Virus record (IMG/VR): IMGVR_UViG_2531839010_000002
Span: 9,765 to 73,764 of that record
Reading direction: 5' to 3' (one strand)
Source: a virus
Taxonomy: Duplodnaviria > Caudoviricetes
Length of the DNA stretch: 64,000 nt
A program made the translations under genes and the position numbers. Below are positions 37,413-47,500 of this stretch, in pieces (the stretch's first letter is position 1; every line of letters begins with the position of its first letter). The notes beneath the pieces are model-generated. The model made no database searches. It was given only the letters and a program-made list of their open reading frames with translations, and was not told the origin of the DNA.

Positions 37413-39507
37413 ATTGGTAATTGCCGAAAAACCATCAGTTGCCCAGAATTTGGCGGCTGTGATCGGCGCAACCGTCCGTAAGGACGGGTATCTGGAGGGC
37501 AACGGCTGGCGTGTCAGCTGGTGCGTGGGCCACCTGGCCGGTCTTGCGGATGCAGACAGCTATGACCCAAAGTATGCCAAGTGGCGATATGATGATCTGC
37601 CTATCCTGCCGGAACATTGGCAGATGGTGGTGGGAAAAGATAAGAAAAAGCAGTTTGATATTCTCAAAAAGCTGATGAATGCCCCGGAGGTGACGGAAGT
37701 GGTAAATGCCTGTGATGCCGGACGCGAGGGTGAGCTGATCTTCCGTAGCGTCTATGAGCTGGCAGGTTGCAAGAAGCCGATGAAAAGGCTCTGGATTTCT
37801 TCGATGGAGGACTCCGCCATAAGGGAAGGCTTTGCAAACCTGCGCCCCGGTGCGGACTATGACGGACTTCGGGATGCTGCCCTCTGCCGTGCCAAGGCCG
37901 ACTGGCTGGTGGGGATCAATGCGACAAGGCTTTTTTCCGTGCTGTATCACCGAACCCTCAACATCGGGCGCGTGATGTCCCCGACGCTGGCGCTTATTGT
38001 TCAGCGAGAAGCTGAGATCGACACCTTTCAGCCGATTCCCTTTTATACCGTGGCGCTGGAGCTGCCCGGTCTTACCGTATCCGGGGAGCGCATGGCGGAT
38101 AAGGCTGCTGCTGAGCAGCTGAAAGAAGCCTGTCAGGGCGTAAATGTCACAATCAAAAAGGTGGAGTGCAAGGAAAAGTCCGAAAAGCCGCCTGCCCTCT
38201 ATGACCTGACTACTCTGCAAAGAGATGCCAACCGCCTGCTTGGATTTACAGCCCAGCAGACCCTGGACTATCTGCAAAGCCTGTATGAAAAGAAGCTCTG
38301 CACCTATCCCCGTACTGACAGCCGCTATCTGACTGGCGATATGGCAGACAGCCTGCCGGTGCTGGTGAATCTGGTTGCCAATGCTATGCCGTTTCGCAAA
38401 GGAATCGCCATTACCTGTGATCCGCAGACGGTAATCAACGATAAGAAAGTAACCGACCACCACGCAGTAATCCCTACCAGAAATCTCAAGGATGCAGACC
38501 TTTCTGCCCTTCCTGCGGGAGAAAAAGCGGTGCTGGAGCTGGTGGCCCTGCGTCTGATGTGCGCCGTAGCCCAGCCCCATATCTATTCGGAAACCGTTGT
38601 GATTGCAGCGTGTGCCGGTGGGGAGTTTACCACAAAAGGAAAAACAGTGAAGCACCCCGGATGGAAAGCACTGGAGGACGCTTATCGTGCCAAAATGAAG
38701 GATACAGAGCCGAAAAAAGAGGGCGTAGAGAAAGCCCTGCCGGAGCTGACCGAAGGACAGACACTTTCGGTTTCTGCGGCAATCATCAAAGAAGGCAAAA
38801 GCAGTCCGCCTCAGCACTTTACGGAGGACACCCTATTGTCCGCAATGGAGACTGCCGGGAAAGATGATATGCCAGAGGATGCTGAGAGAAAAGGTCTGGG
38901 GACACCGGCCACCCGTGCCGGTATTTTGGAAAAGCTGGTATCTGCCGGTTTTCTGGAGCGAAAAAAGAACAGAAAAACGGTGCAGCTTCTTCCTTCCCAC
39001 GATGCAGTATCCCTTATCACGGTGCTGCCGGAACAACTGCAATCGCCGCTTCTGACTGCCGAGTGGGAGTATCGCCTGGGTGAGATCGAGCGCGGGCAGC
39101 TTGCCAAAGAGGAGTTTCTGGCCGGGATCAGCACCATGCTGAAAGATCTGGTGGGGACTTATCAGGTCATCAAGGGAACTGAGTACCTGTTCACTCCGCC
39201 CCACGAGGTGGTGGGCAAATGCCCTCGCTGCGGCGGTGAAGTTGCAGAACTGCAAAAAGGCTTCTTCTGTCAGAATGATTCTTGCAGATTTGCAATCTGG
39301 AAAAACAACAAATGGTGGGCTGCCAAGAAAAAACAGCCGACCAAGGCTGTGGTGTCTGCGCTGCTGAACGATGGCCGTGTCCGTGTGACGGGGTTATATT
39401 CGGAGAAAACCGGCAAGACCTACGATGCCACTGTGGTTTTGGAGGACGATGGACAGTATGCCAACTTCAAGCTGGAATTTGACCAGCGGAAAGGAGGCAG
39501 CCGATGA
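37399..39507 (+). CDS. topB: DNA topoisomerase III
   Basis: AEKPSVA, DAGREGE, TYPRTDS catalytic Tyr, GLGTPATR. Confidence 0.93.
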   Translation: MAQHKLVIAEKPSVAQNLAAVIGATVRKDGYLEGNGWRVSWCVGHLAGLADADSYDPKYAKWRYDDLPILPEHWQMVVGKDKKKQFDILKKLMNAPEVTEVVNACDAGREGELIFRSVYELAGCKKPMKRLWISSMEDSAIREGFANLRPGADYDGLRDAALCRAKADWLVGINATRLFSVLYHRTLNIGRVMSPTLALIVQREAEIDTFQPIPFYTVALELPGLTVSGERMADKAAAEQLKEACQGVNVTIKKVECKEKSEKPPALYDLTTLQRDANRLLGFTAQQTLDYLQSLYEKKLCTYPRTDSRYLTGDMADSLPVLVNLVANAMPFRKGIAITCDPQTVINDKKVTDHHAVIPTRNLKDADLSALPAGEKAVLELVALRLMCAVAQPHIYSETVVIAACAGGEFTTKGKTVKHPGWKALEDAYRAKMKDTEPKKEGVEKALPELTEGQTLSVSAAIIKEGKSSPPQHFTEDTLLSAMETAGKDDMPEDAERKGLGTPATRAGILEKLVSAGFLERKKNRKTVQLLPSHDAVSLITVLPEQLQSPLLTAEWEYRLGEIERGQLAKEEFLAGISTMLKDLVGTYQVIKGTEYLFTPPHEVVGKCPRCGGEVAELQKGFFCQNDSCRFAIWKNNKWWAAKKKQPTKAVVSALLNDGRVRVTGLYSEKTGKTYDATVVLEDDGQYANFKLEFDQRKGGSR

Positions 39508-39782
39508 AGCTCTCTTTAGTGGAACGGGAAACCATTCTCCTCTATAACCAGGCAGAACCAATGGCTGAGGTCTACACCCACGATCCCCATCTGATGGAGA
39601 AGCTGGAACTGCTGGCAAAAAAGCACCCCGACCAGATCATCCGAAAGGACGCCCATAACTTTACCGTCCCCAAGCGGTGTGTATCAGTCCGGGAGCCATA
39701 CAGCGCCGAGCGTCGCAAAGCTGCCAGTGAGCGTGCGAAAGCCGCCGGATACCAGCCCCCTGTGAAAAAGTCCGGCAGTTAA
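39504..39782 (+). CDS. ICE hypothetical protein
   Basis: ATGA overlap. Confidence 0.65.
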   Translation: MKLSLVERETILLYNQAEPMAEVYTHDPHLMEKLELLAKKHPDQIIRKDAHNFTVPKRCVSVREPYSAERRKAASERAKAAGYQPPVKKSGS

Positions 39783-39788
39783 AGGCAC

Positions 39789-42700
39789 ATGGCAGAGAAT
39801 GTATTTGAAGCGGTCAAGCAGTCGGTCAGCACCAGAGAAGCGGCAGCGTTTTATGGGATCGAGGTCAAACGAAATGGTATGGCCTGCTGTCCCTTTCACG
39901 ATGATAAGAACCCCAGCATGAAGGTAGACCAGCGGTTCCACTGCTTTGGTTGCGGTGCAGATGGGGATGTGATCGACTTTACCGCAAAGCTCTTTAACCT
40001 CTCCCCAAAAGAAGCGGCGGAGAAACTGGCACAGGACTTTGGCCTGATCTATGACAGTCAGGCCCCGCCCCGCAGGAGATATGTCCGGCAAAAAACCGAG
40101 GCACAGAAGTTTCGGGAGGATCGACAGCGCTGTTATCGCGTACTGTCCGATTACTACTATCTGCTGAAAAAATGGGAAGCCGACCGTTCTCCCAGGACAC
40201 CGGAGGAAGAACCGCACCCCCGTTTTGTGGAAGCAATCCAGAAGAAAGCCTATGTAGAGTACCTGCTGGACCTTTTTCTTTATGAAAGTGAAGAAGAACA
40301 AAAGGCATGGATTGCAGAACACACAGCAGAAATCACACACTTGGAAAGGAGATTGAAAATCATGGCTGAGAACAAACCCACCAACCGAGAACGGCTAAGG
40401 GAAATCACAGATGGCATCGAGCAGGGCATCAAAGAACTGTTTGAGAGTGAAAAGTATATGCGCTATCTGTCCGTCATGTCCCGATTTCACCGCTATTCGG
40501 TAAACAACACCATGCTCATCTATATGCAGAAGCCGGATGCCACTTTGGTAGCCGGATACAATAAGTGGAAAGACCAGTTTGAGCGTCATGTAAAAAAGGG
40601 CGAGCATGGCATTACCATCATCGCTCCCACACCGTATAAGAAGAAAATCGAGGAGCAGAAGCTGGACCCAGATACCAAGGCTCCGATTCTGGATAAAGAC
40701 GGAAAGATCGTTACAGAGGAAAAAGAAATCGAGATCCCCATGTTTCGTCCGGTCAAGGTCTTTGATGTGAGCCAGACCGACGGGAAACCTTTGCCGGAGC
40801 TTGCATCATCCCTTTCCGGCAATGTGCCAAATTATGAGGCATTCATGGAGGCCCTGCGCCGCAGCGCACCGGTGCCGATTACTTTTGAAGCAATGGCTGC
40901 TGATACGGACGGCTATTTTTCTGCTGATCATCAGAAAATTGCCATTCGTCAGGGCATGAGTGAGGTTCAGACGGTTTCAGCCACAGTACACGAGATTGCC
41001 CACAGCAAGCTCCACAATCAGAAAAAGATCCAGATTACCAATGACGAGCAATATCAGGAGATCGAGCTGTTTGATAAACTTGGTCTGTTCTCCAACGGAC
41101 GGATTGCTCGCGATAATCTGCCAGAGGGCGTTTATTGCTATGACCTGCGCGGTTCTGACTACGATCCTGGAGATCCGGTCTGTGTGGAAGAACGAGTGGT
41201 TGTAAACCATGCAGGCTCCGTTCTGCTGACAGAGCCGTTGGAACTGACGGAAGATGGACGCTTGATGCTGACCGAGGAAAAAGGGCTGAATTTTACCGGT
41301 GGCTTTTCTACCCTCTCCCAGTTTTTGCAGAAACAGAGGAAAGATCGTCACACGGAAGAAGTGGAGGCTGAAAGCATCTCCTATGCGGTCTGCAAGTATT
41401 TTGGCATCGAGACTGGAGAAAACAGCTTTGGCTATATTGCCAGTTGGAGTCAAGGCAAGGAGCTGAAAGAACTGAGAGCCAGTTTGGAGACCATCAACAA
41501 AACCTCCGGCACTTTGATCTCCGACATTGAGCGCCACTATAAGGAAATCTGCAAAGAGCGCGGAATCGACCCTCATGCAAAGGCAGAGCCGGAAACCGCC
41601 CCGATAGAGCAGCCAACTAGCAATCTGACTTACTATGTAGCAGAGTGCATGGAATTTCCAAACCTCGGAGAATACCACGATAACTTGTCTTTGGAGGAAG
41701 CAATCCGCATTTATCAGGAGATTCCGGCAGAACGAATGAACGGGATCAAGGGCATTGGTTTTGAGCTGAAAGACGGAAGCGACTATGAAGGACCTTTTCC
41801 GATTTTGACCGGCCAGACCATTGACCTGGACACCATCCAGGCAATCGACTATTACCGTGATAATCCTCTGGTGCAAAAAGCGGTAAAGGAACTGGCTGCG
41901 GCAATGCCGGAAATGGAAGTGCTGGGGGCGGACGCCAATCAGCAGGAGGCTTTGTTTCTGATCGACAATGCCACCTATCTTCATATCCAGTCCTGTGACA
42001 GCGGCTGGGACTATACCCTTTACGATGCCGCATCCATGAAAGAGCTGGATGGTGGTCAGCTGGATATGCCGGAGATTTCCCGCATGAAGGCAGTTCTCCA
42101 GATTTGTGATGACAACGATTTGGGCAGAGACTCGGTAAAATACGCACCGTTGTCCATGATTGAGACCTTGCAGGAAGCTGCCTACCAGCAGATGCAGGCA
42201 GAGGTCAGTCAGATGGCTGCTTCTTCCCAGCTGCCGGAAGCACAGGAGCAGGCACTGGATGAATACCCCATGCCGGATGAGCAGGTCTCCACACCAGATA
42301 TGCAGGAATACGGCTACTCCTATGATGGGATGTTCCCTGTTACCAGAGAACGGGCGCTGGAACTGGATGCCGCCGGTTTGACCGTTTATGTGCTGCATGA
42401 GGACAATACGGAGAGCATGGTGTTTGACCCGCAGGAAATCATGGATCATGGCGGTCTTTTTGGCGTGGACCGTGAGGAATGGGAGAAAAGCCCTCAGTTC
42501 CACGAAAAGGTCATGGAGCGTCAGGAACATCAGCAGGAACGCGAACAGGCATTTCTCTCCCAGAACAGAGATTGCTTTGCAATCTATCAGGTAAGCCGTG
42601 ACGATCCGCAGAATGTGCGCTTTATGAATCTGGATTGGTTAAAGTCCCATGACATTTCCATAGACCGCAGCAATTATGACCTCATTTACACAGCTCCGCT

Positions 42701-43157
42701 GAGGGAGTCTGGCACGGTACCGGAGCAGCTGGAAAAACTATATGAGCAGTTTAATCTGCAAAAGCCGGCGGATTTTCACAGTCCTTCTATGAGTGTCAGT
42801 GACATCGTTGCGATCAAGCAGGACGGTAAGGTATCCTGTCATTACTGTGACAGTGTTGGTTTTACCCAGATCCCCGGATTCCTGTCGGAAAATCCGTTGA
42901 AAAATGCGGAGATGGCCGTGGAGGACGATTACGGCATGATCGACGGTATCATCAACAATGGCGCAAAAGAGCCTACGGTGGCAGAGCTGGAACAGCAGGC
43001 CCGCAACGGTCAGCCCATTTCCCTCATGGATTTGGCTACCGCTGCCCATCGGGAGGAACGGGAAAAGAAAAAGTCCGTCATGGAGCAGCTGAAAAGCCAG
43101 CCCAAGGCAGAACACAAAAAGACAGCGCCAAAAAAGAGTGCGGAAAGGGAGATTTGA
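39789..43157 (+). CDS. Multidomain protein: CHC2 zinc finger + ArdC-like (HExxH) + LPD/YodL-like domains
   Basis: CPFHDDKNPS..CFGC; YS..N.MLI; HEIAHS..EEVEAE; HSPSMSVSDIV. Confidence 0.85.
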   Translation: MAENVFEAVKQSVSTREAAAFYGIEVKRNGMACCPFHDDKNPSMKVDQRFHCFGCGADGDVIDFTAKLFNLSPKEAAEKLAQDFGLIYDSQAPPRRRYVRQKTEAQKFREDRQRCYRVLSDYYYLLKKWEADRSPRTPEEEPHPRFVEAIQKKAYVEYLLDLFLYESEEEQKAWIAEHTAEITHLERRLKIMAENKPTNRERLREITDGIEQGIKELFESEKYMRYLSVMSRFHRYSVNNTMLIYMQKPDATLVAGYNKWKDQFERHVKKGEHGITIIAPTPYKKKIEEQKLDPDTKAPILDKDGKIVTEEKEIEIPMFRPVKVFDVSQTDGKPLPELASSLSGNVPNYEAFMEALRRSAPVPITFEAMAADTDGYFSADHQKIAIRQGMSEVQTVSATVHEIAHSKLHNQKKIQITNDEQYQEIELFDKLGLFSNGRIARDNLPEGVYCYDLRGSDYDPGDPVCVEERVVVNHAGSVLLTEPLELTEDGRLMLTEEKGLNFTGGFSTLSQFLQKQRKDRHTEEVEAESISYAVCKYFGIETGENSFGYIASWSQGKELKELRASLETINKTSGTLISDIERHYKEICKERGIDPHAKAEPETAPIEQPTSNLTYYVAECMEFPNLGEYHDNLSLEEAIRIYQEIPAERMNGIKGIGFELKDGSDYEGPFPILTGQTIDLDTIQAIDYYRDNPLVQKAVKELAAAMPEMEVLGADANQQEALFLIDNATYLHIQSCDSGWDYTLYDAASMKELDGGQLDMPEISRMKAVLQICDDNDLGRDSVKYAPLSMIETLQEAAYQQMQAEVSQMAASSQLPEAQEQALDEYPMPDEQVSTPDMQEYGYSYDGMFPVTRERALELDAAGLTVYVLHEDNTESMVFDPQEIMDHGGLFGVDREEWEKSPQFHEKVMERQEHQQEREQAFLSQNRDCFAIYQVSRDDPQNVRFMNLDWLKSHDISIDRSNYDLIYTAPLRESGTVPEQLEKLYEQFNLQKPADFHSPSMSVSDIVAIKQDGKVSCHYCDSVGFTQIPGFLSENPLKNAEMAVEDDYGMIDGIINNGAKEPTVAELEQQARNGQPISLMDLATAAHREEREKKKSVMEQLKSQPKAEHKKTAPKKSAEREI

Positions 43158-43158
43158 T

Positions 43159-43374
43159 ATGGGAAACTTTACTTTTGAGGAAATGAACCTGATGTGCATT
43201 TACAATACCGGCAGCCGCACCGGACTGATCGACAGCCTACGTGAGATGCGCGGCGAGCTGGCCCCGGAGGAAACCGAGCTGCGGGAGTTGACAGACAGCG
43301 CACTGGGCAAGCTCCAGGCCATGAGTGATGCCGAGTTTGCCGAGCTGGAGTTGTATCCGGATTTTGACCAGTAA
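43159..43374 (+). CDS. Transposon-transfer assisting protein
   Basis: FTFEEMNLMCIY..SR..LI, SALGKL..MSDAEF. Confidence 0.8.
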   Translation: MGNFTFEEMNLMCIYNTGSRTGLIDSLREMRGELAPEETELRELTDSALGKLQAMSDAEFAELELYPDFDQ

Positions 43375-43392
43375 ACACTATAATCGCAGGGA

Positions 43393-43422
43393 TGGGGTGG
43401 CAATATGCCACCCCACCTTTTT
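43393..43422 (+). terminator. Internal terminator before helicase gene
   Basis: TGGGGTGGCA-ATA-TGCCACCCCA then CCTTTTT. Confidence 0.6.
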
Positions 43423-44224
43423 ACCCCAAAACTGAAAGGAGGACAGAACACTATGCCAACCAAAGCTGAACTATATGCACAGATGGCGGAGAAAGTGGCA
43501 ACGCAGCTCACGGGAAGCTGGCAGGAATGGGCAGGGTTTCTCACCACTGCTTCCCGCCTTTACAAGTACCCGTTCCATGAGCAGTTGATGATCTACGCCC
43601 AGCGTCCGGACGCTACCGCCTGTGCAGAGTACGATTTGTGGAATGAAAAGATGGGGCGGTATGTAAGGCGCGGCTCCAAGGGGATCGCTCTGGTGGACGA
43701 TTCCGGGGACAGACCCCGCCTGCGCTATGTTTTTGATATTTCCGACACCGGAACCCGTGAACATTCCCGCACTCCCTGGCTGTGGCAGCTGGAGGAGCGC
43801 CATCTGGATTCCGTGCAGGTCATGCTGGAGCGCACCTATGATGTTTCCGGTGATGACCTTGCCGGACAGCTCACTGAGGTAGCCGGAAAACTGGCTGAGG
43901 AATACTGGACGGAGCATCAGCAGGACTTCTTCTATATCGTTGACGGTTCCTTTTTGGAGGAATATGATGAGTTTAACATCGGAGTACAGTTCAAGGCAGC
44001 AGCCACCGTCAGTATCACTTATGCTTTGATGTCCCGCTGTGGACTGGAACCGGAACGCTACTTCGACCACGAAGATTTCATGGCGATCTTTGATTTCAAT
44101 ACTCCGGCAACCATCGGAGCGTTGGGAACAGCGGTCAGCCAGATCAACCAGCAGGTGCTGCGGCAGATCGGCGTTACCGTCCGAAATGCAGAGCGCGAAG
44201 CCAACCAAGAAAGGAGCAAACAAG

Positions 44225-44581
44225 ATGAACAATCCCATGACCTATATCCAGAACGGAGACTATCTGATTCCCGACCTGAAGCTGAGCCAGCAGCCGGAGA
44301 AACCCCTGGGCAAGTACGGCAGGATGAGGAAAACCTACCTGAAGGAACACCGTCCCATCCTCTACAACCAGATGTTGCTGAGCGAGAAGCTGTACCCGCA
44401 CCTTCTGGAGATCGACGAGACCGCCCAGAGCAGACTGGAGCAGATGATGCCCCAGCTGGCGAAGGAAGCGGGAGCCACCGAGGAACTGAAAGCCAGCGAT
44501 CCCATGAAGTGGGTGGGGCTGATGAACACCTGCAAAGCTCAGGCCGAGGAAATCCTGATGACGGAGCTTATCAACAGCTGA
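44225..44581 (+). CDS. TnpV-like protein (118 aa) nested in +1 frame of helicase gene
   Basis: SD GAAAGGAG; GDYLIP..YLK.H..ID..AQ.R..TE.LKA..W.G..N motif shared with 51311-51685. Confidence 0.75.
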   Translation: MNNPMTYIQNGDYLIPDLKLSQQPEKPLGKYGRMRKTYLKEHRPILYNQMLLSEKLYPHLLEIDETAQSRLEQMMPQLAKEAGATEELKASDPMKWVGLMNTCKAQAEEILMTELINS

Positions 44582-47500
44582 CTCTAAACCTGTTCCTCTC
44601 CGAAGCGGAACAGATCCAATCCATAGATGAAGCAGAGAATGTAGCGCATACATCCTCTGCTTTTTCTTTTGCCCAAAATGACATCGACCATGTGCTGCGT
44701 TTGGGCGGTAATACAGACCGTCAAAGGGAGCGTGTGGTTGCAGCCTTTGAAAAGCAGAAAACCACCGCTGAGATTGCTGAGATACTGAAAACGCTGTACC
44801 ACGGCGGTAACGGCCTTGGCAGTGTGAGCGCATGGTATGCCGAGGATGGTATCCATCTTTCCCACGGGAAGTCTGTCCGTTATGACAGGTCTGCCCAGGT
44901 CATTTCCTGGGAGAGCGCCGCAGAGCGTATCGGGGAGCTTTTGGAAAGTGGTCAGTTTGCCTCCAATGTGGAGCTTGCAGAAGCGGCAGGCTATGAACGC
45001 TCCCTCCTTTCAGAAAAGCTCTGGCATCTGTACCACGATTTCAGCGAGGAAGCCAGAGAAGCCGGATATTTGTCCTGCCTGTCAGAGATCAAAGGCAATG
45101 GTTTCCCGGAGGAGACCCGCCGCCTGACGGAGCAGCTGAGTGACCCGGCTTTCCGCCAGACACTCAAGGAAGAATACGCTGCCTTCTGGACTGCCTATCA
45201 GCAGGACCGTGACCTGTTGCGTTTTCGCTATCATAGACCGAGGGAGATCTGGGAGAACCTGAAGGACCTTGACCTGCCCCGCAGGACCTTTTCTTCAGAG
45301 CTTTCCCAAGTGCCAACCGTCCAGCACTTCATTACCGAGGATGAGATCGACGCCGCTATGACCGGCGGCAGCAGTTTCGCCGGAGGAAAAGGCCGTATCT
45401 ATGCGTTCTTCATGGCAAACCATACGGATAAGGAGAAAGTGAGATTCCTCAAAGACGAGTATGGCATTGGCGGACGCTCTCATGCCCTGTCCGGCGCAAC
45501 ACACAGCGGCGAAGATCACGATGGGAAAGGACTGCACTATAAAAAGCAGGACTGCCCGGATGTTCACTTGAACTGGGAAAAGGTTGCCAAGCGCATTACC
45601 TCTCTTGTCCAGAAAGGCCGCTATCTTACCGAACAGGAACAGGCGCAGTATGACAAAATCCAGGCTGAAAAGGAATTGGCAGAAGAAGATGCCATCCAAG
45701 CCCAGCAGCCGGAGGTGGAGAAAGAAACGCCAAAGCCTACCCTTCGGGAGCAGTTTGAGCAGTATAAGACTGTGGTGACTGCCGCCATTTCCGAGGATAC
45801 CGCATACCGCAATGCCTGCGGGCATTCTGACCGTGAAAATGCTGTCATCGAGGGCAATGCCGCTGTGCGCCGTGCGGTCCTTGGTTCTAAGGATATGGAG
45901 CTGATCCGCCTCTATTCGGATGTGCCGGAGTTCCGACAGCGACTGCACCGGGAAGTGATCGACGAAACCTATCCAAAGCTCCATGAACTTCTGCGCCCTC
46001 TTTCTCAGGAAGATATTGATACTGCCATTTGTGCATGGAACGGCAATATCGAGAGTAAACACGCTGTCGTCCGTTATATGAAAGACCATGCAAGAGAGAA
46101 AGATACCGCTGCATGGCTGGCTCAGGAATACGGCGGCAGTAACAGCAACAGCCTGTTCGTTGTCCGTGCCGGAAGCCCGGAGGAAACGCAGCTGCCCTGG
46201 CCGAAGGTACAGCGCAGGCTTGCCCAGCTTATTCAGGAGGATCGGTTCTATACCGAAGAAGAACAGGACCGTTTTGACGACATCGACCCAATCGCCATCC
46301 GGGAAGCTCTGGAGGAAAGAGGGATCGTCAACGGCCAGGTGGCAGACCCGGAAAAACTGGACAATGACCCGTTTATCCAGCAGGTGGTGTCGGATGTAGA
46401 GCAGATCGCAGCTGCCGAGACAGAACAGACTTCCGAGGTTTCCATTTCCGATGAGGAATATGATGCCGTTCGCCGCCCGACTCCGCAAAGAACCTCCTAT
46501 GATCCTGCCGCCCCGGTTTATGCCGTGGGCGATACCGTGTATATCGAGGATGACGCCTATCAGATCACCGAGCTACGGGATGACACCGTGCAGCTTCTGC
46601 CTACCGGCATGGTATATCCCATCTATCGGGCAGAGCGCAAAGAACAGTTCGAGCAGCTGCTTCGGGCAGACCGCCGCAATGCTTACTATACCGAGTTTCT
46701 TCCCATTGACCCGGACAAGGCAGATCAAGACCTGCGGGATGTATTGGCCCATGGACTGATGGATGAAGCGGATAAACAGCAGCTTTCCACGCTACTGCAA
46801 TCTGGCAGGAGCAACAGTGAGATCGCCTACTGGCTGAGCAGAGCCTACCCTCATGAGATTGAGACCCTGAATCTGGAGACCGGCGATATTGCCGATTACC
46901 GTACCACGGCACAGGGCATGGAGCTGGAAGTCCTGGACGCAGAGGAAAAGCGTCTGGCTGTGCTGTATTTCCGCTGGGATGAGGTTGCGCCTTTGCTGCG
47001 CGGGATGTATGCCCGTCAGCAGGACGGCTTTGGACAGGAACAGCCCCAACCGGCTACCGAATCCCCGACCTTCCATTCCGAGACCATGGCCGTCTATCCG
47101 GGCGATAAGAACCATCTACCTTATGATGTGGTGGTGGAACGGTTGCATATTGAGGAGCCGGAGCCGCCAGCCCCTGTAACAGAGCCGGAGAAAACCTTTG
47201 AGGAAGTGCTGGATGAACACCCGGTTTCCATTCAGGTCAACGGCCAGTGGCAGACCTTCCCCAATGCCAAAGCTGCCGAGGAAGCCTCCTATGAGGAATA
47301 CAAGGCTAACCTGCGCCGCAATGCACAGAACTTCCGCATTACCGATGAGCATTTGGGCGAAGGCGGTCCAAAAACCAAGTTCCAGGCAAATGTTAATGCC
47401 ATTCGTTTGCTGAAAGAGCTGGAAGCTGCCGGACAGCAGGCAAGCCCCGAACAACAGGAGATTCTTTCCCGTTATGTGGGCTGGGGCGGTCTTTCAGATG

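Noticed and set aside
43405-43452. Helicase start at 43405
   Set aside because: Lies within a terminator hairpin; ATG 43453 has a strong SD.
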